Positions 1 through 8,059 of a DNA stretch of 64,000 nucleotides are shown piece after piece. The position numbers were made by a program, and so were the translations under genes. The notes below the pieces were generated by a model. That model did not search any database, was not told the origin of the DNA, and saw only the letters and a list, made by a program, of their open reading frames with translations. The DNA lies in assembly GCA_965228735.1 (NCBI GenBank), contig OZ245838.1, forward strand, positions 1,888,001-1,952,000. Direction: 5' to 3'. Positions within the stretch are counted from its first letter, which is position 1, and every line of letters starts with the position of its first letter. Source of the DNA: Planctomycetota bacterium. Lineage in GTDB: Bacteria; Planctomycetota; UBA1135; UBA2386.

Positions 1-655
1 ACTGGCCGCCGCCGTCCTTGGTGGTGACCGAGTAGTCGGCCTGCAGGGTCTTCTGACCCTGGAACTGCATGTCCAGCCCGGCCTTGCTGCCCTCGGGGTA
101 GATCAGGTGGACGGAGCTCGGGCCCCAGCCGATCACCCACATCGAGCGCCACTGCGGCGAACCGCTCGCGGGGCCGACGATGATGTTCGAGCCGTTGGGC
201 GCGTTCTTGTCGTCGAACCGCGGCAGCAGCCCGGTGAACTGCGCGTCGTCGGTGTCCTCGTTGCCGCGGAAGATCGTGCCGGCGATCTCGATCCCGAACG
301 CGTGCATCTTGTCCGCGTTCTGGACCAGCATGAACTGCGCCGGATCCTTGGCCTTGTCGACGAGCTTCTTGTCGGCCTGGAAGTAGTCCGTGAGCTCGCC
401 GCAACCGTCACGCACCTGCGTGGTGCTGCCGGTCGACGGCTGCACGCCGCCGTAGAGCTTGCGCCACGTCGGCTGCGAGTAGCCGGTCCGAAGGTTCGTC
501 AGGTTGGTCGAACCATCGTTCGCCTCGAGCATCACCGCCTCTTCGAGGACGTCGTTCTCCTCGGCGATGATCTCCATGACCCGACCGATCTTGCCGTCGG
601 GTCCCTCCAGTGCCTTGAGGTCCGAAAGGGTCGGCCTCGTGTTGGAAAGTGCCAT
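1..655 (-). CDS. Major capsid protein (Bbp17-like), 3' end outside window
   Basis: Not in ORF track. Manual translation from ATG at 655 (GGAGGGG RBS): MALSNTRPTLSDL...EANDGSTNLTNLRTGYSQPTWRKLYGGVQPS...FTGLLPRF...WGPSSVHLIYPEGSKAGL, typical of BPP-1-like capsids; directly follows the scaffold. Confidence 0.88.
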   Translation of the reverse strand, partial: MALSNTRPTLSDLKALEGPDGKIGRVMEIIAEENDVLEEAVMLEANDGSTNLTNLRTGYSQPTWRKLYGGVQPSTGSTTQVRDGCGELTDYFQADKKLVDKAKDPAQFMLVQNADKMHAFGIEIAGTIFRGNEDTDDAQFTGLLPRFDDKNAPNGSNIIVGPASGSPQWRSMWVIGWGPSSVHLIYPEGSKAGLDMQFQGQKTLQADYSVTTKDGGGQ

Positions 656-678
656 GCGTCAAACCCCTCCCTGGGGCC

Positions 679-1371
679 CTATTTCTTGCCTACGTCACCA
701 AACAGGATGTCGGCGGTGCGGCGTTCCCCGCCCGCTCCGCCGGCGCCGACGACCAACGAGTCGTCTTCGCTGACCAGGTCTCCGGCCTTCGCGAGTGCCT
801 TCAGCACCTGCAGGTTGCTGCCGAGTCCCGTGGTCTTGAGCAGACCGGACAGCTCTCCGCTCGGATCGAGCGCCTTCAGGGCGCGGCCGACCTTGCCGAG
901 GTTGCTCTTGAGGTTGTCGCCTCCGAACTCCGGGTCGTTCCGGGTCTCGTTGAGCATCTCGTCGTGCTGCTTGCGCATCGCCTCGAGCTGCTGCTCGGCG
1001 ACCTGCTGCTGCACCACGGGCGCCATGGTGTCGATCACCATCTGCGCGTTGTCCTGCGTCAGGTTGAGCTTGCGCGCGACCTGCTCGGAGAAGTGCTCGA
1101 GCACCTGACCGCCGAGCTCGCTGCCGTCGGGGGCAGTCAGCTCGTAGGTCTCGGGTGCACCGGGCGCCGCCTCTCCGTCGCCGTCTTGCGTCTGCTCACC
1201 GGCCTCGGGCGGCTGTTCGCCGCCTTCCTGGCCGCCTTCGGCAGGTTGCTGTCCCTGCTCGCCTGACTGCTCTCCCGATCCCTCCGAGGAATCGAGCAGC
1301 GTGGCCAGGCCGTTGTCCGTGCCACCGTCGCTGTTTGGTGTTTCGGTCGGGTTTGGCTGCGGCTCACTCAT
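679..1371 (-). CDS. Capsid scaffolding protein (Bbp18-like)
   Basis: Acidic disordered N-terminus, APETYEL, DPEFGGDNL..N, TGLGSN, C-terminal TADILFG; immediately upstream of the capsid gene. Confidence 0.82.
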   Translation of the reverse strand: MSEPQPNPTETPNSDGGTDNGLATLLDSSEGSGEQSGEQGQQPAEGGQEGGEQPPEAGEQTQDGDGEAAPGAPETYELTAPDGSELGGQVLEHFSEQVARKLNLTQDNAQMVIDTMAPVVQQQVAEQQLEAMRKQHDEMLNETRNDPEFGGDNLKSNLGKVGRALKALDPSGELSGLLKTTGLGSNLQVLKALAKAGDLVSEDDSLVVGAGGAGGERRTADILFGDVGKK

Positions 1372-1676
1372 TCGTCTCGCTCCTTCAGCATCTCCGCGTA
1401 GAGCTCAATGCACGTCGTACGCGCGAGCCGTTCGATCCGTCGCCCCAGCTTCTGCTCTCCGAGCTGCATGTACGTCGTCAGGGCGTTGGAGCCGTAGGCG
1501 ACGTTGTCGAGATCGCTCTCGCTCAGAATCCAGGCGACGAACGCGCGGCCTTGCGGCGTGCTCATCTGCGAACGAAGCAGTTCGATGACCCGCTGTTGCT
1601 TCGCCTGCTCGCGCTTGGCCTTGTCGGCCTGCGCCAGCTGGCGTTCGTCGCGGTTCAACGGGCGTCGCTCGCTCAT
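1368..1676 (-). CDS. Bbp19-like small head-module protein
   Basis: MSTPQGRAFVAWIL...LGEQKLG pattern, 102 aa, position upstream of scaffold. Confidence 0.75.
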   Translation of the reverse strand: MSERRPLNRDERQLAQADKAKREQAKQQRVIELLRSQMSTPQGRAFVAWILSESDLDNVAYGSNALTTYMQLGEQKLGRRIERLARTTCIELYAEMLKERDE

Positions 1677-1686
1677 GACGCCCGGA

Positions 1687-1723
1687 ACGCTAGGCCAGGG
1701 TGGGTGCCTTACGGTTACACCCC
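1687..1723 (-). promoter_or_regulatory. Putative phage late promoter, copy 1
   Basis: Minus strand GGGGTGTAACCGTAA-N14-CCTAGCGT, 10 nt before the ATG at 1676; same boxes and spacing at 7261-7297. Confidence 0.7.
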
Positions 1724-1743
1724 GGCCCTTCGCCCGTGCCGGG

Positions 1744-3480
1744 TTAGACGCCGATCCCCAGCCCGCTGGTCATCCGCGTCTGGCGCCGGCCACCCGGAGC
1801 CGGCCCGCCCCCACCCCCAACCGAGTACTCGAACGCGCCGGCATCCGGCGCCACCAGGTCTCGGATGTCGTGCCCGATCGCGTCGTAGTCGTCGAGCACC
1901 GGCACCGGCGTGCCATAGCCAATCGCAGGTGACGTCGCCTGCAGATTCCAGTCCGTTGCCGAAACGAACAGCGGATCGACGTCCTCGAGGTTGTTCGAAG
2001 CCGTGACCGGCGAGCCGCCAGAGACCGACGTCGACGTCGCGTTCGGGCAGTACAGCAGGTTGTTGCGCACGAGCACGCTGGTGTCGGATGCCGCGACGTG
2101 GATCATCCGCGTGTTCGCCAGCACCTCCGTCGTGTGCAGCGTGTTGTGGTAGAACACCACGTCGCGGGGGTTCGGCGTGCCCGCGCCAATCTGATCGACG
2201 CGCACCCACTGGATCTCCAGCAGGTTCGTCGAGTCGTTCACGATGAACCGGTTGTTCCGGATCGTGCAGCCGTCATTGTTGACTTGGATCGGCGTCGGGT
2301 AGGCGTTGTCGCGGTGCAGCACCTCGAGGTCGTTCCGCTCGACGATGACATCCTCGACGCGGTTGTCTTGACCCGACGAAGCCGAGCCGAACGCCATGCA
2401 CCAGGCCGTGCGGTGCGTGAAGTAGTTACCCTGGATCACGTAGTGCCGCGACGTCGTGGTCGCGTCGACGTGCGACTTGCTGTGCAGCTTGATCGACAGC
2501 TTGTCGGCCTGCGCGTTCGCGAGGTTGCAGCCGGACACCACAACACGCTCGCCGAACGGGAAGCGCAGCAGGTGCTCGGTCGTGATATCTGCGAAGTTGC
2601 AGTTCAGGATCGCGCCGTCGCGAGCCGAGAAGTAGGCGCCGTACTGCGTGCCGCCAGGGTGATCGCAGTTCGCAATGCAAACGCCGTGGCAGATGTCGAC
2701 GGCGAAGAAGTCCGGCGTCTCATGGCCGAAGCCGTAGCACTGCGAGAACTCGCTCGCGCGGATGTGCGAGAACAGCAGATCATCGCCACGGTAGCTGAGG
2801 TTGAACAGCTTTCCGGGCGTGCCGCCGTTGATGTAGTCGAACTCGACGTCCACGAACCGGAGGTCGTCGCATTCGATGGTGCTGCCGCCGTTGCCGATCT
2901 GGACGACCGAATCGTCGGTCTGCACCTGCACGATCGGGTTGTTGTCGAAGATCCCGCGGACGTCGGGGTTGGTGCCCGTTCCGAAGGCGCCGATCGACAC
3001 CGGGGCTCCAGTGCCAGCACAGGTCACGCCGCTCGTCTGCAGGAAGCTATCGCCGCGCTTCATCAACAGCCGCCTGTCCGTGGCGTAGTAGCTCATCACG
3101 GTGTTGAAGCTCGACGTCGTGACCTGCGTCGCTCCGGCCGGAGCTCCGGTGAAGTCCGCGGTATTCGAGAAGCAGATCGTCTTCGTCCCCGCGAACACCA
3201 CGTCGGGGTCGGTCACCGTAATCACGACGTTCTGGGTCACGAACGAGCCGTCCGGCTCGGCGACGAGCAGCCGCACGGTGTAGGTGCCCGGCGTGCGGTA
3301 CACGTGCGCGGCGACCGCGCTGCTCGCGTGCCGCAGGTTATCGTCCATGTCCCAGTCGAACGTCAGCTCGTGGAACGGCCGCGTGGTCACCGTGCTCGTC
3401 GTGCCCGTGGCGTTGAAGTGGACGCTCAGCGGAGCGACGCCGGTGACCCGGCTCGTCGCCAAGGACACGGTGATCGCCAT
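1744..3480 (-). CDS. PKD domain plus right-handed beta-helix protein; candidate head-spike fibre
   Basis: PKD motifs (GVAPLSVHF, AHVYRTPGTYTVRL), beta-helix repeats, SPAIGYG...PDAGAFEY, then a Gly linker and terminal GLGIGV; no signal peptide; follows the spike-base gene. Confidence 0.75.
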   Translation of the reverse strand: MAITVSLATSRVTGVAPLSVHFNATGTTSTVTTRPFHELTFDWDMDDNLRHASSAVAAHVYRTPGTYTVRLLVAEPDGSFVTQNVVITVTDPDVVFAGTKTICFSNTADFTGAPAGATQVTTSSFNTVMSYYATDRRLLMKRGDSFLQTSGVTCAGTGAPVSIGAFGTGTNPDVRGIFDNNPIVQVQTDDSVVQIGNGGSTIECDDLRFVDVEFDYINGGTPGKLFNLSYRGDDLLFSHIRASEFSQCYGFGHETPDFFAVDICHGVCIANCDHPGGTQYGAYFSARDGAILNCNFADITTEHLLRFPFGERVVVSGCNLANAQADKLSIKLHSKSHVDATTTSRHYVIQGNYFTHRTAWCMAFGSASSGQDNRVEDVIVERNDLEVLHRDNAYPTPIQVNNDGCTIRNNRFIVNDSTNLLEIQWVRVDQIGAGTPNPRDVVFYHNTLHTTEVLANTRMIHVAASDTSVLVRNNLLYCPNATSTSVSGGSPVTASNNLEDVDPLFVSATDWNLQATSPAIGYGTPVPVLDDYDAIGHDIRDLVAPDAGAFEYSVGGGGGPAPGGRRQTRMTSGLGIGV

Positions 3481-3492
3481 GACGCGCCCCTC

Positions 3493-3765
3493 TCAGTAGC
3501 CGACCGCGAAGTCGGAAGCCGTCGTGTTCGTCTGCATGATCCGCTTCGGACGGAACGGCAGAACTGTGCCGTCAGGGACATTCAGGAATGGCACGATCTC
3601 GTCGTCAAACGACATCAGGTAGACGTTGCCTCCGGTGCCGACGTAGACGCACTCCGGAGTCGGAACGAGGTCGGCACTGTCGCTGACGCCCACCGCTGCA
3701 AAGGCCGACGACGTGCCGCCCCGACCACGACCGGGATACCCCGGGTCACTCGTTGGAGCCCCCAT
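3493..3765 (-). CDS. Head-spike base protein, RcGTA Rcc01079-like
   Basis: 90 aa, SDSADL...VYVGTGGNV...FLNVPDGTVLPFRPKRIMQTNTTA matches the family pattern. Confidence 0.8.
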   Translation of the reverse strand: MGAPTSDPGYPGRGRGGTSSAFAAVGVSDSADLVPTPECVYVGTGGNVYLMSFDDEIVPFLNVPDGTVLPFRPKRIMQTNTTASDFAVGY

Positions 3766-3766
3766 C

Positions 3767-4081
3767 TCAGCCCCCCTTGCCCTGCTCGAGCAGCGCGATG
3801 ATCGCGGCCAACGTCCCTGGCTCGAGCTCCTGCAGCGCGAGCAGCTCGTCGACGTCGACCAGGTGGTCGCCGTTCTTGTCGAGGACCGGGATGAGCTCGG
3901 GCCGCTCTTCGGCGAGGTACTCGGTCGCCTTCAGTGCCACGAACGCCCTGCTCAACTCCTCCGCGAGCCCCTGCAGGTTCGTCGCGCGGCCGCCGCTCGA
4001 CTCGCACGAGCAAAGCAGCAGCGACAGCGGGATCAGAAGAAGCAGCGCCAGACGCCGCACGTATCGGTAGATCGGGTTCAT
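3767..4081 (-). CDS. Small lipoprotein with EF-hand-like loop
   Basis: Signal peptide ending LLCSC; 12-residue loop DKNGDHLVDVDE. Confidence 0.6.
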   Translation of the reverse strand: MNPIYRYVRRLALLLLIPLSLLLCSCESSGGRATNLQGLAEELSRAFVALKATEYLAEERPELIPVLDKNGDHLVDVDELLALQELEPGTLAAIIALLEQGKGG

Positions 4082-4359
4082 CGGTTCCCGAGGGCCTTCA
4101 GCACCTCGTCGTAGAGCTCACGGTTTCGGGTCAACGTGCCCGCCATCACCGTTTCGTGGCGGGCATTGATCTCGATCAGTTGGGCCTCGTGGCGTGCGTT
4201 GATCGCGTCCAGCTGGGCCTCATGGCGCGCTGACTGCGCGTCCATCTGCTTGGCGTGCGCCTCGGTGATCCGCTCGAGGTACTTCAGCGCGTGGAGCACC
4301 AGGAACACGATCGCCGCGATCCCCGGCATCTGCTTCGCGATCTCGACGAGCAGGTCCAT
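4078..4359 (-). CDS. Small membrane-anchored coiled-coil protein (holin-like?)
   Basis: ATG at 4359 overlaps the upstream stop; one N-terminal TM segment, then 11-aa repeats (ARHEAQLxxIN). Confidence 0.6.
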   Translation of the reverse strand: MDLLVEIAKQMPGIAAIVFLVLHALKYLERITEAHAKQMDAQSARHEAQLDAINARHEAQLIEINARHETVMAGTLTRNRELYDEVLKALGNR

Positions 4360-4748
4360 CAGATGCCCACCAGGATGCGCGCGCGGTAGCGCGCGGTGTA
4401 GACGACTGCCATGACCGACCAGAACGCCACGCCGACGTGGCCAATCGTGAACAGGTGGTACGGTGCCCACCAGAACGCGACGACGTTCTCGACGATGTGC
4501 ATCAGGCCGCACGCCATGATGAACGAACCGTAGACCTGACGGGCGTGCAGACTCTGCTCCGGAGTCAGGCGCGCAAGGTGTGTCGCCGACTCTGCGCCAG
4601 GCATGCGCAGGATCCACCGAATCGCGAAGTAGCTCACGCCGGTCGCGAGGTTGGCCATGATGTAGACCCACTCGAACAGCAGGTTCCACTCCATGCAGCA
4701 GCCGCGGGTCGAGCCGGTGCGCAGCAGCATCTCGAACAACATCTGCAT
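4359..4748 (-). CDS. Stand-alone ETR1-like (ethylene-receptor N-terminal) 3-TM domain protein
   Basis: SYFAI and YGSFIMACGLMH align with ETR1 AYFSI and FGAFIVLCGATH; three hydrophobic segments. Confidence 0.65.
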   Translation of the reverse strand: MQMLFEMLLRTGSTRGCCMEWNLLFEWVYIMANLATGVSYFAIRWILRMPGAESATHLARLTPEQSLHARQVYGSFIMACGLMHIVENVVAFWWAPYHLFTIGHVGVAFWSVMAVVYTARYRARILVGI

Positions 4749-4751
4749 GCT

Positions 4752-6455
4752 TCAGACCCCCGCAGCCGAGAGAGCTCCCAGCGCTTCGTTCGCCGCGTTC
4801 GCATCGCCACCCGTCGGCACACCGGCCAGGTCCCGCATCGTCTTCGCCTGCACCGCACCAGCCTCGATCTGCGCCTGCGCCGCCTGCGCGTCGGCGCGCG
4901 CCTTGCGCACCACCGCGACCTGCTGCCCGCCGTGCACATGCTCGGGATCGACCCCCATCCGATCCGCCACGCGATCGGCGATCGAATCGGCGTTCACCTT
5001 GTCGGTGACGTCCCTGCGGAAGTCCGCCAGGATCCCGACCGTGCCGAGCCACCGCTCGGTCGAGCGCGTCTCGTAGGCCTGCTGCGCCTGCGCCAGCAGC
5101 GAAACGAACTCGATGTTCAGCTCGTGCCCGACTAGGTCCGGCGGCGGCGGCGGGATCTCGCCAGCCTCGGCCAACCGCAGGAACGCGTTGTCGACGAGCG
5201 GCTCGAGCAGCTCGTTGTGCGTCCGCTGCAGCATCGGGCCGAGCATCAGCATCTTCTCTTCCTGCAGCTGGCTGACCTCGAACTTCGTCCGCTCCTGGTT
5301 CGTGGTGTTGGCCAGCAGCAGGAACATGTCGACGTTCATCGCGCGGTTGATCCGCTGCTGCACGTCGAGAAGGTCCGCCCGCAGTTCCCCGAACGGGATG
5401 TTCGGCTCGAACAGCGGCTTGATGCCGCCGTTGGGGTGCGGCGTGTCGACCGGGTTCCAGCCGCCCGGCAGCGAGTCGATCTCGTGACCGTCGACGCGGG
5501 TCGGCCCCTGCAGCGACGGATCGAGGTAGAGGTCGATCGCGTTGCCCTTCTGCAGCTGCTCGTGATTGAGCTGCCGCATGTCGCCGAGCGCCTGCATGCC
5601 GGGCCCGTAGCCGTAGATGTCGCCGCCGTAGGTCCACCACCTCGGTACCACCGCGGGGAACTCGCGGAAGCCGCCGACCTTCAGCAGCCCGTCAGTCCCG
5701 TCGTTGCCGTTGAGCTCGAAGTAGACCGACTCGAACGCCATGTCCTCGCGGTGCGGGCTGGCCTTGTCGCGCTTCATGCGCGGTTCGATGGCGTGGCAGA
5801 CCGGGACCCACTCGTCGTAGTGCTGCCGGTTCCACTTCTCCTTCGTCCCCTGCGAGCAGTTCTCGAGCCCGAACTGCTCGACCAGCGCGTGCACCGGCAT
5901 CTCGAACTCGCGGTAGATCGTGTTGATCAGGCCGTCCCAAGACGCCCCGACCGAATACTCGCCGATCGTCAGAGGGTGCAGGTGGATCAGGTTCTTCGGG
6001 TGCGGAACGATGATCCCGGCCCCGGTCCCGAACGCGCCCTCCTCCTGGAAGATGTTGTGCAGGCCGTGGTAGACGTTGCTCTTCTGGAACAGCCGCAGGA
6101 TCCGCTCGGTGACCGCGTACAGCCACTTCTTGACCGGCCGGAACTTGTTCAGGCTCGGGTCCGCGGTCGCCATGCGGATCCACGGCATCGTGCTCGGGGC
6201 CGCGCCTGCCATGAGGCCTGCGGTCTGCACCTGCAGCGACCAGTGCGGCGTGCTGTCGTAGATCGCGTGATCGCGGCGGTGGCCCTTGTTGCGGTCCTGA
6301 ATGAAGAACCGGCCCGCGCGCGGCAGCAGAACCTCGCTGATGTCCTTCCAGTGCGGATCCCAGGTGCTGCGCTCGTTCTTGAGCACGTCCAGGCGCTTCC
6401 GCTTCTGCTTCCGGTCCGGCAGGTTGCGCGCGCGGTATCCCTCGACGTCCACCAT
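4752..6455 (-). CDS. Portal / head-to-tail connector (Bbp21, T7 gp8-like)
   Basis: 567 aa; IYDST, GAFGTG, PRW...YGYGPG..ALGD, LGPML.R...ELL.PL, IEFVSLLAQAQ. Confidence 0.93.
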   Translation of the reverse strand: MVDVEGYRARNLPDRKQKRKRLDVLKNERSTWDPHWKDISEVLLPRAGRFFIQDRNKGHRRDHAIYDSTPHWSLQVQTAGLMAGAAPSTMPWIRMATADPSLNKFRPVKKWLYAVTERILRLFQKSNVYHGLHNIFQEEGAFGTGAGIIVPHPKNLIHLHPLTIGEYSVGASWDGLINTIYREFEMPVHALVEQFGLENCSQGTKEKWNRQHYDEWVPVCHAIEPRMKRDKASPHREDMAFESVYFELNGNDGTDGLLKVGGFREFPAVVPRWWTYGGDIYGYGPGMQALGDMRQLNHEQLQKGNAIDLYLDPSLQGPTRVDGHEIDSLPGGWNPVDTPHPNGGIKPLFEPNIPFGELRADLLDVQQRINRAMNVDMFLLLANTTNQERTKFEVSQLQEEKMLMLGPMLQRTHNELLEPLVDNAFLRLAEAGEIPPPPPDLVGHELNIEFVSLLAQAQQAYETRSTERWLGTVGILADFRRDVTDKVNADSIADRVADRMGVDPEHVHGGQQVAVVRKARADAQAAQAQIEAGAVQAKTMRDLAGVPTGGDANAANEALGALSAAGV

Positions 6456-6458
6456 GCG

Positions 6459-6785
6459 CTACTCCCCGAGTAGAGTGGTGCGGCCGAGACGGAGCCGCGA
6501 GCGGTCGACGCCGCCTGGCCCCGTCAGAAAGGAACTCCCCAGTCCCCCGAGCTCGTCTTGTTCGCTGGTGGCGAGCAGCGCGGCGAGGTTCGGGCGACTG
6601 CGCCGCTCCTCGGCGATCTCGCGTTGTGCGGCCTCGCGGCGTGCGGCGCTGGCCTCGCCCGTGGCGCGGTCCTGCGCGAGCGCCTGGCGCTTGTTCGCGC
6701 GCTGCTGCTGGTTCTGCGCCTGGTGCTGGTTGGCGGCGCTCGCCGCCGAGATCAGCAGCCCGAATGCCGGGATCGCCTGCGCCAT
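6459..6785 (-). CDS. Small virion-module protein upstream of portal
   Basis: ATG at 6785; C-terminal FLTGPGGV...LGRTTLLG is typical of this locus in BPP-1-like phages. Confidence 0.7.
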   Translation of the reverse strand: MAQAIPAFGLLISAASAANQHQAQNQQQRANKRQALAQDRATGEASAARREAAQREIAEERRSRPNLAALLATSEQDELGGLGSSFLTGPGGVDRSRLRLGRTTLLGE

Positions 6786-6787
6786 GG

Positions 6788-7252
6788 TCAGAGCGCCCTC
6801 CGGTAGACGGTCTCGAGCGGCTTGAACCCGAGCTCCTGCAGCAGTGCGACCGCGTTGGTTTGCGCCTTGGCCGCGAACTCGATGTCGGTGGCCTGGAAGT
6901 CGCGGCCGAGCTCCATGGCGGCCTCGATGAGATCGACGCCGAGGCGGCCGCGGCGCGCGTCCTCGGCGAGAAACAGCGCCTCGACCCTGGCGACGCGCTC
7001 GTGCTGGGCCTGCGGCAGCTCGGCGAACGTGACGGCGGCGTAGCCGACCCACTCGTCGCCGCGGCGGACCGCGACGCAGCGCAGGCGCCCGCAGCCAGCA
7101 GCGGCCTGGTAGAGCTGCCAGTCGATGTCGAGCGGTGTGGTGGCGGCGCGGCCGGAGAGATCCCGCCAGTGCTGCTCGAAGAGCGCCTGGCAGTTCTCAC
7201 GTAGCTCGGCGACGGTCGCCGGCTCGATCCTGCAGGTCAGGGTCTCGGCCAT
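6788..7252 (-). CDS. GNAT-family acetyltransferase-like phage protein
   Basis: WVGYA, LFLAEDARRGRLG acetyl-CoA-binding motif, LGFKPLE. Confidence 0.75.
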   Translation of the reverse strand: MAETLTCRIEPATVAELRENCQALFEQHWRDLSGRAATTPLDIDWQLYQAAAGCGRLRCVAVRRGDEWVGYAAVTFAELPQAQHERVARVEALFLAEDARRGRLGVDLIEAAMELGRDFQATDIEFAAKAQTNAVALLQELGFKPLETVYRRAL

Positions 7253-7260
7253 CGACCGAG

Positions 7261-7297
7261 ACGCTAGGAGGCGATTCAGGCGTTACGGTTACACCCC
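7261..7297 (-). promoter_or_regulatory. Putative phage late promoter, copy 2
   Basis: GGGGTGTAACCGTAA-N14-CCTAGCGT, 8 nt before the ATG at 7252. Confidence 0.7.
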
Positions 7298-7792
7298 CTG
7301 GCCGGGAGGCACCTTCGGATGCACCTTGTTCCCAGCTCGATCGTAGAGCTCGAACGGCAGCTGCAGCCGCAGCTCGCCTCCATCACCGACCGAGACTGGC
7401 ATCCCAGTCCGCACCTCGAATTGCTCCGCGAACTGCTCGGGGGTCAGACCTCGCGCAGCGCACTCCTTCACGACCCACCTCTCGAGCTGCAGGTACAGTT
7501 CTCGGTGAACCCTCCGCGCGACATCGGCCGCTGACGCGGCCATCGTCTCGACGGGCTCCACGCCATCCCCGTCCGGGTCCGGATCCTCGAACTCCTCGTA
7601 GTCCGCGATGTCGTCGCGCTCATGATCGCACAGCAGCACGAGCGGCTTGCCGCGAGTGTGCTCGAGGAACCGGTGCAGGCGCCGCATGACGCTCGGCTGC
7701 CCCCAGTAGAACGATGTCATCGAACGCCAACCCTGACCGACCCAGATCGTCTGTCGGGTCTCGTGACACACCAAGCTGAACGTCTGGCTCAT
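7289..7792 (-). CDS. Hypothetical phage protein
   Basis: Coupled start/stop with neighbours, plausible composition. Confidence 0.65.
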   Translation of the reverse strand: MSQTFSLVCHETRQTIWVGQGWRSMTSFYWGQPSVMRRLHRFLEHTRGKPLVLLCDHERDDIADYEEFEDPDPDGDGVEPVETMAASAADVARRVHRELYLQLERWVVKECAARGLTPEQFAEQFEVRTGMPVSVGDGGELRLQLPFELYDRAGNKVHPKVPPGQGV

Positions 7793-8058
7793 TGGTCTTT
7801 CGCGTCTTGCATCCTGCCGTCCTGGTCCAACGGATACCGCTCCAGGTAGTCCTCGATCAACCCGTCGACCACCTCCTGATCCCCCGCGAGGACGATCTCA
7901 TACGTCTTCAGGAGTTCATGCGTCTTCGGCCACTGCAGATCGCTGCGATCTTCGATCCCGAGCTGGTAACAGCGAGCTCGGAGCCCCGCGAGAGTGCGCC
8001 CCGCGACCTCCCAGCCCAGCGTCAGGTAGAACGTCCGCTCGTAGTTGGTCGTCGTCAT
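7789..8058 (-). CDS. Hypothetical phage protein
   Basis: 89 aa, abuts the TerL stop, overlaps the next gene by 4 nt. Confidence 0.65.
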   Translation of the reverse strand: MTTTNYERTFYLTLGWEVAGRTLAGLRARCYQLGIEDRSDLQWPKTHELLKTYEIVLAGDQEVVDGLIEDYLERYPLDQDGRMQDAKDQ

Positions 8059-8059
8059 T

